DNA of 32,000 bases from an uncultured Chloroflexia bacterium (GCA_963704755.1 OY969938.1:1260001-1292000); one strand, 5' to 3'. Counted from the first letter of the stretch, positions 1 through 8,046 are shown. Made by a program: numbers and translations. Notes: generated by a model from the letters alone, not told the origin.

Positions 1-2
1 CA

Positions 3-239
3 ATGCCGTCTCATCAGCCTGCTTATACCTACCGCATCCGCGTAGAAGGACACATTCCTCCCGCCTGGCTGGACTGGTTTGGGGATCTGAGCATCCTCTC
101 ACAGGCCGGGGAAACGACTCTGATCGCCACTTTACCCGATAACCCGGCTCTGATGGGCCTGCTTAATCACCTGGCCAGCCTGAACCTGTCCCTGATTTCG
201 GTTGAACGCCTGGCGCTCGAAACTAGGCCAAAGGAGTAG
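3..239 (+). CDS. small conserved hypothetical protein (78 aa)
   Basis: ORF from ATG at 3 to TAG at 237-239. The sequence (YTYRIRVEGHIPPAWLDWFGD...LISVERL) resembles a small uncharacterised protein family I recall from Chloroflexi/Actinobacteria. The true start could lie upstream of the window. Confidence 0.5.
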   Translation: MPSHQPAYTYRIRVEGHIPPAWLDWFGDLSILSQAGETTLIATLPDNPALMGLLNHLASLNLSLISVERLALETRPKE

Positions 240-240
240 C

Positions 241-346
241 CACAGATGGACACAGATAAGACAAAAAGTTAAGCTATATAAGGTCAGCGGCGAAGCCGCT
301 GACCTTATATAGCAGATTTCTTATCTTTCATCTGTGTCCATCCGTG
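241..346. repeat. nested palindromic intergenic element, copy 1
   Basis: Outer arms CACAGATGGACACAGAT (241-257) and ATCTGTGTCCATCCGTG (330-346) are 16/17 complementary. The inner stem is perfect over 19 bp: GCTATATAAGGTCAGCGGC (273-291) pairs with GCCGCTGACCTTATATAGC (295-313), with a GAA loop and a GCGAAGC apex. A related copy in opposite orientation lies at 7863-8046. Confidence 0.8.
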
Positions 347-375
347 TATATCTCTGGCAAAAATGGAGATTTTCG

Positions 376-1716
376 ATGGAATCGAAACAAATGCACTACC
401 GCAATTCCTCTCAAGACTTGATGAATTACATTACCCGCGCCAACGCGGACCAGCAACTGCACGGGATCATCTCTGTCCGCGGTCGCCTGGACGAACACAC
501 GCTTCAATCGGCTATGCGCATTGCGATGGACCGCGAACCGGTGTTGGGCTGCCGCTTCGTCCAGCAGGACAACCATACCGGCTGGGAACGGCGCAGTGAC
601 CTGGACCGGCTCGACCTGTGCCCGCTCATTCACCCGGCCGACCTCCGCGGCGAACTTAAGGCTTTCGTCACCACCCCGGCCGATCCCTGCCGGGACCCGC
701 TGATCCAGGCCCGCCTCTTCCGCACCACCGCAGGCGACACCTTCTGTCTCAAGGTCAACCACGTGGCCGCCGACGGGGCCGGGACCAAGGAGATTGTTTA
801 CCTGGTCGCGGACACCTACACCCGCCTGGTCGCCGACCCCTCTTACCGGCCCGGCCTGAGCAGGCCCGGCAAGCGCTCGCAATTGGGCCTGTTTCGCCAG
901 GCCGGGTTGAAGAATCTGTTCAAGTACCGCCCGCGCAAATTGGGGCTGCCCTCCGGCGGGCGCTTCAGCCTGCCCTTCCACGGCAGCGAACCTGACGGCC
1001 GCGCGTTTGCCCTGCGCCAGGTTGATCCCGATACCTTCCGCATGCTCAAGGCCTATGGCAAGCGCCAGGGTGCGACGATCAACGATTTGATCCTGGCAGC
1101 TCTGTACAAAGCCCTGTTCAGCGTGGCCGAAACGCCCCAGTCCACAGCGCTGCCGGTGCAGGTCTCGATCGATCTGCGCCGCGCCTTGCCGTTCCATCAG
1201 CCCCAGCCGATCTGCAACCTGTCCGGTGCGCTCTTCCCGGCCATCCCATACCGGCCGGGTGCGTCCTACGAAAAAATCTTGAGCGATGTCCAGGCCCAGA
1301 TGAAGCGCTGGAAATCCGGCCGGCCCGGCCTGACCGGCGCCATGCTGATCGAGCTGGCCATGCTGCAGGGCTTTCACAAAGCCAACGCGATGCTTGGCCA
1401 GATGACCGCCGTGCGCAGCAACCAGGTCAACCCGCTGCTGCTGAGCAATTTCGGCCTAATGGACGAATCCCGGCTGGTCTTTGGCAGTGCGGAGATCGTC
1501 GATGCATACCTTCTCGGCCCGGTTATGTTCAAGCGGGGGCTGATGCTGACCGCAAGCACCTATGCGGACCGGCTCACCCTGGCCATCGGCTACTGCCAGG
1601 GCTGCATTTCAGCCAGCGTCATCGAAGCGATCCTGGAGCAGGTGTGGGTGGAGTTGCGGCAGGCTGGTGAATACGTGGGCGACGAAGCGCCGGCTTGCCA
1701 ACTTATTGGCTGGTAA
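376..1716 (+). CDS. stand-alone condensation-domain / PapA5- or WS/DGAT-like acyltransferase
   Basis: The long ORF is 334-1716. I prefer ATG at 376 (MESKQMHY...), preceded by GGAG at 365-368. The motif NHVAADGAG matches the HHxxxDG acyl-transfer motif with N for the first His. The antisense ORF 328-1377 is treated as a GC shadow. Confidence 0.7.
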   Translation: MESKQMHYRNSSQDLMNYITRANADQQLHGIISVRGRLDEHTLQSAMRIAMDREPVLGCRFVQQDNHTGWERRSDLDRLDLCPLIHPADLRGELKAFVTTPADPCRDPLIQARLFRTTAGDTFCLKVNHVAADGAGTKEIVYLVADTYTRLVADPSYRPGLSRPGKRSQLGLFRQAGLKNLFKYRPRKLGLPSGGRFSLPFHGSEPDGRAFALRQVDPDTFRMLKAYGKRQGATINDLILAALYKALFSVAETPQSTALPVQVSIDLRRALPFHQPQPICNLSGALFPAIPYRPGASYEKILSDVQAQMKRWKSGRPGLTGAMLIELAMLQGFHKANAMLGQMTAVRSNQVNPLLLSNFGLMDESRLVFGSAEIVDAYLLGPVMFKRGLMLTASTYADRLTLAIGYCQGCISASVIEAILEQVWVELRQAGEYVGDEAPACQLIGW

Positions 1717-1728
1717 AACCAGCGCTTT

Positions 1729-1780
1729 GCCCCCCTTCCCTGCTTCCCTCCAAATCAAAAACTGATTTGGAGGGAAGAGC
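1729..1780 (+). repeat. CCCCTTCCC / CCAAATC-N7-GATTTGG hairpin repeat, copy 1
   Basis: GCCCCCCTTCCCTGCTTCCCTCCAAATCAAAAACTGATTTGGAGGGAAGAGC. There is a perfect 14-bp stem (1743-1756 with 1764-1777) and a 7-nt loop. It starts 13 nt after the stop of the upstream CDS. Copies 2 and 3 are at 25370-25418 and 29227-29277. Confidence 0.85.
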
Positions 1781-1839
1781 CAGATTCTTCCTCCCAAAAA
1801 CTTTCTGCGACTGTGGCGTATTTTTTGGCCGGTGTTGAA

Positions 1840-1870
1840 GATCGGCCTCGGTCTGGAGACCGGGCCGATC
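1840..1870 (+). terminator. GC-rich hairpin, candidate terminator in the convergent gap between the acyltransferase gene and priA
   Basis: GATCGGCC-T-CGGTC TGGA GACCG GGCCGATC gives 13 bp with one bulge. On the + strand it is followed by CACTTTAGGCTATCTTTCTT, which is only moderately T-rich. Confidence 0.4.
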
Positions 1871-1903
1871 CACTTTAGGCTATCTTTCTTACACACAGTA
1901 ATA

Positions 1904-2041
1904 TCTCTTCTTTTTCTCTTTCTTTTTCTTTTTCTTTTTCTTTTTCTCTTCTCTTCTTTTCTTTTCTTTTCTTTCTTCTCTCTGTGCTCTCCGTGCCTCC
2001 GTGGTTCTTCTCTTCTCCGCGTCTCTGCGGTTATTCTTCTT
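1904..2041 (+). repeat. homopyrimidine (CT) low-complexity tract
   Basis: Positions 1904-1983 form 80 nt with no purine on the + strand, including (CTTTTT)n and (CTTTT)n units. Positions 1984-2041 remain strongly pyrimidine-rich. The tract abuts the priA stop codon at 2042-2044. Confidence 0.9.
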
Positions 2042-4540
2042 CTACAACAAAGCCTGCGGATCGACCTCGACGCGCCAGTCCCCCAGGTCGCGGCCTTTCA
2101 AAATCTTAACCGGGTCGGGACCGGCCAGGACGACCTGCCAGCGGTAATTGCCGGCCTGGCGGGCAAAAAAGCACGGCGCCGGGCCAATGATCCGCGTGGC
2201 GCGTGAGCCGGACTCTGCGATCCAATGTTCCACCAGCGCGGCCATTTTACGCGCCCCGGCCTCGATCTCCTCCGGCCTGGGGCCGCGCAGCTCCAGGCGT
2301 ACCAGGTGCACGAAAGGCGGGTACTCGGTCCGCCGGCGTTCCTCGATCTCGCGCCGATAAAAGCCGGCGTAATCATGCCCGGCCGCCGCTTGAATCGCAT
2401 AATTTTCGGGCTGAAAGGTCTGCAAGACCACCTTTCCTCCCAGTGGGCTGCGACCGGCCCGCCCGGCCACCTGGGTCAGCAGTTGGAAGGTGCGCTCGGG
2501 TGCGCGGAAATCCTCCAGGTACAGACCCACGTCGGCCAGGACCACCCCCACCAACGTCACCAGGGGCAGGTCCAATCCCTTGGCCAGCATCTGTGTGCCG
2601 ATCAGCACATCCGCCTGGTGGGCCGCGAACTGAGTAAGGATCAGGTCGTGGGCGCCTTTGCGCCGGGTGACCTGCGAATCCCAGCGCATGGCGCGTACCT
2701 GCGGCATCACTTTGAGCAGCTCCTGCTCCACCCGCTCTGTGCCGGTGCCGTACTGGCGGATGGCATCGCTGCCACACTGCGGGCATTTGGCCGGCATCCT
2801 GCGGCGGTAATTGCAACTGTGGCAGACCAACTCGCCGCTGTTGCTGTGGTAAGTCAAGGTGCGGTCGCAGCGCGGGCACTTCAGCACGTATCCGCAGGAA
2901 CGGCAGAATACATAGGTGGCCGTGCCCAGGCGGTTCAGATAGAGGATGGCCTGCTGGTCGCGTGCTACAACTTGTTTGAGCGCAGTCAAGAGCGACCGCG
3001 AGAAAATCGAATGGTTGCCGGCCTTGAGTTCCTGGCGCATATCGACCAGTTCGACCGGCGGCAAGGGCAGCGAAGCTGATAAATCGAGCGGCAGACCAGG
3101 CTCGCCGGCCTCGGCGGCGGCCTGCCGATGGGCGGCGACTTGCTTCTCCAGCTTGAGGACCGGCCAGCCGTTCTGACCGGCGTGGTACATCCAGGTCACG
3201 TCCGGGGTGGCCGAGCCCATGACCAGCACACTATGGGTCAAGCGGGCGTAGGCCAGAGCCGCCTGGCCGCTGTTATAAGCCGGAGCCGGCTCGGATTGGT
3301 AAAAAGACGGATCGTGAAACTCGTCCATGACGATCAGGCCCGGGTTGGGCAAGGGTGCAAACAAGGCGCTGCGCGGACCGACGATCACGTCCAGCAGCCC
3401 GGCCCGCGCCCGCCGCCAGGTATCGAAACGCTCGCCGGGGGAAAGCCGGGAATGGATCAGCCCCACCTTGCCGGGGAAGCGGGCCATAAAACGCCGCACG
3501 GTCTGTGGGGTCAGGGCGATTTCCGGCACCAGCACAATCGCCTGGCGCCCTTGCGCCAGCGTTTTGGCCACCGCGCGCAAATAAATCTCGGTCTTGCCGG
3601 AACCGGTCACGCCGTGCAGCAGATACGGCCGAGTGCTTGTTGTCTGCCCGGCGGACAACCCCTTTTCCAATTCAGCCCACACGGCAGCCTGGTCCTCGGT
3701 CAATTCCGGCGGAATATCCGGCTGGATCAGCACCCCTTCCAGCGGATCGCGCAGGGTCTCGGTCTCATGAAATTCGATCAGCCCGTGCTCGGCCAGGTAA
3801 TGTAAATCGGCCGGGGTGCCGCCGCTGCTGGCAAATATCCAACTGCTTTCCACCGGCTGGCCTTCGCCGGCCAGGAAGTCCAGGATCGCCTTGCGCCTGC
3901 GGGCCGCCTCCCCGCCGGCCCGGCCCAGTGCGCTTTCGTAACGGTCGATCGCGCCGGGCTCGATGCCCAACCCGACCAGGCGGGTGGTCTTGATGCGCAC
4001 CTCCGGCTCGGGTAAAACCGGTTGGCTGCTGACCCAGCCGTGCCGCAGCACGGATTGAATTGAATCGCGCCAGTTCCGCCGTGGCAAGGCTGCCTCGATC
4101 TGGCGGCCGCGCAGCGACCCGCGCTCTTGCAACAGCTCCAACAAGCGCTTCTGGGCTGGCGTCAATTCCAAATCGGCTATGCGCACCCCAGAGGCCAGTG
4201 CGTAGAGCGTATCGGCTTGCTGGCTCAAACCGGGCGGCAGCATCAGTTCAATCCAGGCACCCAGCGACGATAAGGTTTCCCCGGCCATGCTGATGGCCAA
4301 CTGCACCTGGGCTTTGGTCAGCACCGGGCGCGGGTCCAGCACCTGCTCGACCGGGCGTGTTTCCGCTACCGATGGGCTGGAAACTTCTCCCAGTACCACC
4401 GCCTGCAAACGCCTCCGGCCAAAGGGCACTACCACCAGGCTGCCGGGTTGTACTTTGCCCACCAATTCTTCCGGCAGGTGGTAATCGAACCGCCCCATCT
4501 TACCGGGAATGTTCAGGGCAACTTCAACGTAAGTGGTCAA
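2042..4540 (-). CDS. priA: primosomal protein N' / replication restart helicase PriA
   Basis: 832 aa. It has Walker A GVTGSGKT, a DExH-like MDEFHD, and the Cys4 x2 zinc region CRSCGYVLKCPRCD...CHSCNY...CPQCGS. The N-terminus is typical (VALNIP...FDYHLPEEL). The start is TTG at 4540. Confidence 0.95.
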   Translation of the reverse strand: MTTYVEVALNIPGKMGRFDYHLPEELVGKVQPGSLVVVPFGRRRLQAVVLGEVSSPSVAETRPVEQVLDPRPVLTKAQVQLAISMAGETLSSLGAWIELMLPPGLSQQADTLYALASGVRIADLELTPAQKRLLELLQERGSLRGRQIEAALPRRNWRDSIQSVLRHGWVSSQPVLPEPEVRIKTTRLVGLGIEPGAIDRYESALGRAGGEAARRRKAILDFLAGEGQPVESSWIFASSGGTPADLHYLAEHGLIEFHETETLRDPLEGVLIQPDIPPELTEDQAAVWAELEKGLSAGQTTSTRPYLLHGVTGSGKTEIYLRAVAKTLAQGRQAIVLVPEIALTPQTVRRFMARFPGKVGLIHSRLSPGERFDTWRRARAGLLDVIVGPRSALFAPLPNPGLIVMDEFHDPSFYQSEPAPAYNSGQAALAYARLTHSVLVMGSATPDVTWMYHAGQNGWPVLKLEKQVAAHRQAAAEAGEPGLPLDLSASLPLPPVELVDMRQELKAGNHSIFSRSLLTALKQVVARDQQAILYLNRLGTATYVFCRSCGYVLKCPRCDRTLTYHSNSGELVCHSCNYRRRMPAKCPQCGSDAIRQYGTGTERVEQELLKVMPQVRAMRWDSQVTRRKGAHDLILTQFAAHQADVLIGTQMLAKGLDLPLVTLVGVVLADVGLYLEDFRAPERTFQLLTQVAGRAGRSPLGGKVVLQTFQPENYAIQAAAGHDYAGFYRREIEERRRTEYPPFVHLVRLELRGPRPEEIEAGARKMAALVEHWIAESGSRATRIIGPAPCFFARQAGNYRWQVVLAGPDPVKILKGRDLGDWRVEVDPQALL

Positions 4541-4543
4541 GCA

Positions 4544-5392
4544 TCAATTCCGTCGGTAAATCGCCGCGGCGCCGTAACCGACCACCGAACTAAAATCGCC
4601 AGTCTGTTCGGCGGAAGTGGAGTAGTGCAGCACCCGCACGTCACTGGCGCCCAACTGCCCGGCAGCATAAAGCACCGCGGCAATCGCCGTGGCTCCACAG
4701 GCATAGCCGGTGCCATCCTCCTCGGCTCTCATTACCCCCTCGGGTGAGAAAGATTTGATCTGATGCAGCATTTCGGCATCCAAGCGGTTTGCGATCTGGC
4801 CCGGGTAGAAATGAGACAGGTCGCTGCTGGCGACCAGTAAAGCTTTTCGCCCGGAAAGGACTTTAGCCAGGGCTTTGCCAAGTACCTGGGCCATGCGCAG
4901 GTCGCGCCGGCGGACCATTACCGGCATCAGTTGGAACGGCCCTTCCAAAGCGCGCTGCAGAAACGGTAATTGGATTTCGATTGCGTGTTCATCATCGTTG
5001 GCAATCGGGGTCAATTTGAGCGGCTCCTCTTCGCCCAGGCAGGCGCTCAATTGCTCGAGCCCGTCCTGGTCGAGCGGGACGCTTCCCAACGGGGTGTGAT
5101 AATAGCGGTGCGCGCTGGTCAGAACCGGGGCAGGAAAATATTTATGCAAAGGTGAGATCACCGCGACCACATCGAAGGACAGTTCCTGGACAGTCCGGTA
5201 GGCAAAAGCCGCGGTCGGACCCGAATAAAGGTGCCCGGCATGCGGAACTACCAGGCCGACCATGTCCCCGGCAATTTCGGGCACTTCCGCAGCCGCGAGA
5301 TAGTCTTCGATTTGCAAGGTCAACTGTTTAGGATTCCCCTCGTACCATAATCCGGCGATAGGGGAAGGTCGTTCTTCAGAAATTACTGCCAT
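4544..5392 (-). CDS. Memo-like / AmmeMemoRadiSam system protein B family
   Basis: Motifs PIAGLWYEGNPKQL and VVPHAGHLYSGPTAAFAY are typical of the Memo1 family. I place the start at ATG 5392 (MAVISEE...), preceded by GGAG with a 6-nt spacer, rather than the 5455 extension. The stop lies 3 nt from the priA start. Confidence 0.8.
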   Translation of the reverse strand: MAVISEERPSPIAGLWYEGNPKQLTLQIEDYLAAAEVPEIAGDMVGLVVPHAGHLYSGPTAAFAYRTVQELSFDVVAVISPLHKYFPAPVLTSAHRYYHTPLGSVPLDQDGLEQLSACLGEEEPLKLTPIANDDEHAIEIQLPFLQRALEGPFQLMPVMVRRRDLRMAQVLGKALAKVLSGRKALLVASSDLSHFYPGQIANRLDAEMLHQIKSFSPEGVMRAEEDGTGYACGATAIAAVLYAAGQLGASDVRVLHYSTSAEQTGDFSSVVGYGAAAIYRRN

Positions 5393-5541
5393 TCCAAGCT
5401 CCGTGAAACAAATTTCACCCCAGGCCCAGCGGGCCGTCACAATTATTATACCCATTCACCAGGCAATTGACCTGTCGCGGAAAATCACCCGGCGTGCAGG
5501 ATTACCCTGTCATGATTGTCCTGGCAGTACCAGGCATCTTT

Positions 5542-5850
5542 TTATTCGAACTTGATGGTTACGTCCTTCGGTAGGGCCAGTTTAGCCGCAACTTCGACCG
5601 CCTTGATGATGCCTACCGGCACCGGGCAAGCCGTATGGGTACAATACTGGCTCCCTTTTTCCAAGATAGTAGGCATGGAGCGGCGGAAGGAGATTTCCTT
5701 ATAGGGATTCACCTGTGTCAGCTCGCTGGCCAGTCGTTGAATGGCCGCGCATTGGCTTTCGATATGCAGGTTACACAAGTCGCCATTCATCTCTGCTTCG
5801 ACTGTGGCGGTGAAGCCGCAGTTACCGGGTTCGATCTCCACTTTGGTCAT
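5542..5850 (-). CDS. Cys-rich small hypothetical protein (102 aa)
   Basis: Clean ORF with AAGGAG 9 nt upstream of the ATG. It has five Cys residues, including CTHTAC. It resembles a conserved uncharacterised family; I cannot name the domain with confidence. Confidence 0.65.
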   Translation of the reverse strand: MTKVEIEPGNCGFTATVEAEMNGDLCNLHIESQCAAIQRLASELTQVNPYKEISFRRSMPTILEKGSQYCTHTACPVPVGIIKAVEVAAKLALPKDVTIKFE

Positions 5851-6050
5851 AACATTAATCTCCTTGGGGCAATTTTATCGGGACTTCTCAGGCTTATACC
5901 GGGTACTTCAGAATTTGGGTCTCCAATCCATCAGGATGGACAGTACCATTTTATCAAACGAGATTGGATTTACTCCAGCATTGGTTATGGTTCTTTGGGA
6001 ATTACCGGGATGGTTTGTTTATAGGGGGGTTATTCGCCAGCCTGAACAAG

Positions 6051-6809
6051 TTACACGAGTTGATTTATTTTCCACAAGGCAATATCGATCTGAACGGCCG
6101 CGGCTCCCCTGGCCAGCAGCGCCTCGACCTGCGCCGGCTGAAAGATGCCCCCACCGGCAATAATGGGCAGCCCGCAGGGTTTCAAGCGCTCGAAAGCCGC
6201 CAGACAGACCGGGAACAGCCCCGGGCCATACAAGCGGCCATATTGTAGTTTCGCCAGGCCGGCCGGTAAACATCCGCGCGGCGCGGCGATGGCCAGGGCG
6301 CTGATCCCGCTTTCCAGGGCCATGGGGATCCATTCTTCTCTCAGCCGCTCCGGCGCGAGGGACACGACCAGCGGCAGTTCTCCCTGGCCAGCCCCAATCA
6401 GGCGTAAAGCTTCCACCGTCGAGCAGTCAGGCGGCAGGTTGAGCACAACCGCCTGCACATTCTCGCAATCCTCCAGCCGGCGGATCATCTGGTCCAGCCC
6501 CTGGGGCGTCTCGGCCAGCAGACTGGCCCAAACGGGCACATCGCAGCGCGCCCAACGGCCGGCGTAATTTTTGATGGTCGTGCGAATGCCTGGGTTCGGC
6601 CAACCCGTATGGAGCAAGATACCGCCCGGGAAACGCCGGGCAGACCGGTCTTGCGCCGGTCCGCGATGATGTTCGCTGATCGGGTTGGTCACAAAGGCCA
6701 GCGGCGCCTGTGGCCAGGGCCAGGCCGGCGGCGGGGCGAAGCCTAACATGCCGGGCGCATTCAGCCAGCCCGGGCGGATCAGCAAATCTTGTGGCTGGGG
6801 CAGATCCAC
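6051..6809 (-). CDS. dihydroorotate dehydrogenase-like FMN TIM-barrel protein (divergent PyrD-like)
   Basis: The C-terminal LPIIAGGGIFQPAQVEALLARGAAAVQI matches the DHOD FMN-phosphate region, and GWPNPGI matches the IGLxNPG region. The canonical SCPN catalytic loop is not visible. The ATG directly abuts the stop of the upstream PyrK-like gene. Confidence 0.65.
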   Translation of the reverse strand: MDLPQPQDLLIRPGWLNAPGMLGFAPPPAWPWPQAPLAFVTNPISEHHRGPAQDRSARRFPGGILLHTGWPNPGIRTTIKNYAGRWARCDVPVWASLLAETPQGLDQMIRRLEDCENVQAVVLNLPPDCSTVEALRLIGAGQGELPLVVSLAPERLREEWIPMALESGISALAIAAPRGCLPAGLAKLQYGRLYGPGLFPVCLAAFERLKPCGLPIIAGGGIFQPAQVEALLARGAAAVQIDIALWKINQLV

Positions 6810-7499
6810 CTAAACCTCCAGCTCGCGAAAATCAAAGACCGGCCCATCTTTACAGGCCAGCTTCCAGCCTCGCCGCAGGGTAACCGCACAGGCGCCGCAA
6901 TCACCCGTGCCGGCGCAAGGCATATCCGTATGCACCAGCACCTCGATTTTGGCAGGCAGCGCATCCAAATTCGCCAGGTCGATCTTCAGCCGGGCCGGCA
7001 GTGCATCCATCCTGGCGAAAGGGGCCTCGACGGCCAGGTAATCCGCCCAGGCCAACAGCTCACCGGCCGACTCCGGCGGCAGGAATTCCACTTCGGCCGG
7101 CAAATCGGTGGGCAGGGATGCGCCGCAGCAGACCACACCCGCCCCACGGCCCAGCGCCAGGCCGATCAAGGGGACCAGGCCGGCCAGATCCCCAAAAGGT
7201 GCTACCAGGCCTACCCGCCGGGCAGCGGCCGGCAGATGAAAGCCATTCCCCAACGGACCGCGCAGAGAAAGTGTCTCGCCGGGGGCCCAATTCAGGGGAA
7301 TATTTCCGCCCAACTCAAGCCTGGCGGCTGAAGCGTGGTAGAAAAACAGCGCATGGGTTAAAAAATCGTCCGGCTGCTGCCCGTTGGCCGAGAAATATTG
7401 GCCCGGTACCGGCGCCAGAGCGCGATTTACCGCCAGGCGGAGCACATTCGTCTCACCTGCCGCGCGGATCTCGTCAATGCGTGCCTCGAATTCAGCCAC
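6810..7499 (-). CDS. PyrK-like electron-transfer subunit with 2Fe-2S motif
   Basis: PGQYF, GPLGNGF and the C-terminal MPCAGTGDCGACAV...ACKDGPVF match PyrK landmarks, including the Cys4 2Fe-2S cluster site. At 229 aa it is shorter than typical, and the nucleotide-binding GGxG segment looks degenerate. Confidence 0.7.
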   Translation of the reverse strand: MAEFEARIDEIRAAGETNVLRLAVNRALAPVPGQYFSANGQQPDDFLTHALFFYHASAARLELGGNIPLNWAPGETLSLRGPLGNGFHLPAAARRVGLVAPFGDLAGLVPLIGLALGRGAGVVCCGASLPTDLPAEVEFLPPESAGELLAWADYLAVEAPFARMDALPARLKIDLANLDALPAKIEVLVHTDMPCAGTGDCGACAVTLRRGWKLACKDGPVFDFRELEV

Positions 7500-7794
7500 G
7501 TCCCTTTACCCAGCCGTTTCTATGCCAATGAAATACTTTTTTGGGGTTTCGTCGGGTCAATTTTATCCTAAAAACAAGCCTTGCAGAGCCGGGGATCAAC
7601 CTACCGGCGTAGGTTGGATTCGGGCTCATCCAAAATATCGGCCAAAAACATAGGCCTTTGCCGGTCATGGCCTTGCCTGGACCCAACATCCTGTCCAAAA
7701 ACCGTTGGGTTTCGCTTTTACCGATTACGGCCAACGCAGTTTGAAATCCCGCTCAACCCAACCTGCAATCTGCTCAGGCAGGTTCAAAAGGAAA

Positions 7795-7849
7795 GGGTGT
7801 TTTTATTATTTTTTATGTGCTTCGCACACAAAAAATAATAAAAACACCC
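7795..7849. repeat. long AT-rich hairpin with GCTTCGC apex (family member)
   Basis: GGGTGTTTTTATTATTTTTTATGTGC TTC GCACACAAAAAATAATAAAAACACCC forms an approximately 25-bp stem with one bulge/mismatch. The flanking GGAAA/TTTTCC extends it. Confidence 0.85.
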
Positions 7850-7862
7850 TTTTCCTCCGCCG

Positions 7863-8046
7863 TGGATGAGTAGTAACAAAATGTCTTTATCCGTATGCAT
7901 CCGTGACTCTCCTGAAAAAAGTGCTCCTTTCAGGAGAGATGCGCTATATGTGGGGGAAGCGGCTTCGCCGTTTCCCTCACATATAGCGTTCTTTTTTTTA
8001 AAACAGATTTTTTTCAGTGGACTCATCCGTATTTTATCTGTGGCTA
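7863..8046. repeat. nested palindromic intergenic element, copy 2 (inverted relative to copy 1)
   Basis: It contains hairpin CTCTCCTGAAA (7907-7917) / TTTCAGGAGAG (7928-7938). It also contains a 22-bp hairpin at 7941-7989 (GCGCTATATGTGGGGGAAGCGGC TTC GCCGTTTCCCTCACATATAGCG, two G-T pairs). The outer pairing is GGATGAGT (7864-7871) with ACTCATCC (8021-8028). The reverse complement shares TAGCCACAGAT (8036-8046) and GCTATAT...CGGCGAAGCCGC...ATATAGC with copy 1. Confidence 0.75.

Noticed and set aside
328-1377. Long antisense ORFs opposite confidently assigned genes: 328-1377, 2225-3079, 3128-3805, 8144-9049, 9426-10679, 14871-15554, 17546-19015, 28405-29112, 29814-30539 and 31582-31959.
   Set aside because: These are typical shadow ORFs of GC-rich DNA. 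Their translations are Arg/Gly/Ala/Pro-rich with no recognisable motifs, while the opposite strand carries clear family signatures.
1832-2206. ORF translating to ...LFLFLFLFLFLF... across the pyrimidine tract.
   Set aside because: It is an artefact of translating the CT low-complexity repeat, and it overlaps the 3' end of priA on the other strand.
4544-5392. A complete AmmeMemoRadiSam system.
   Set aside because: Only the Memo-like (protein B) component is present. No AMMECR1-like or radical SAM gene is present in the window.
5393-5455. N-terminal extensions proposed by the ORF track: 334-375, 5393-5455, 12424-12525, 14322-14423, 14586-14744, 28176-28331 and 29085-29399.
   Set aside because: The extensions run through repeats or upstream genes, lack homology-like sequence, and have no RBS. 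Downstream ATGs have good Shine-Dalgarno spacing and match the typical family N-termini.
241-8046. The two inverted nested elements as ends of a 7.8-kb composite transposon or invertible segment.
   Set aside because: The enclosed genes are housekeeping (priA and others). There is no transposase or recombinase inside, no target-site duplication, and the shared identity is limited to short blocks. It is mentioned only as something long reads could exclude.
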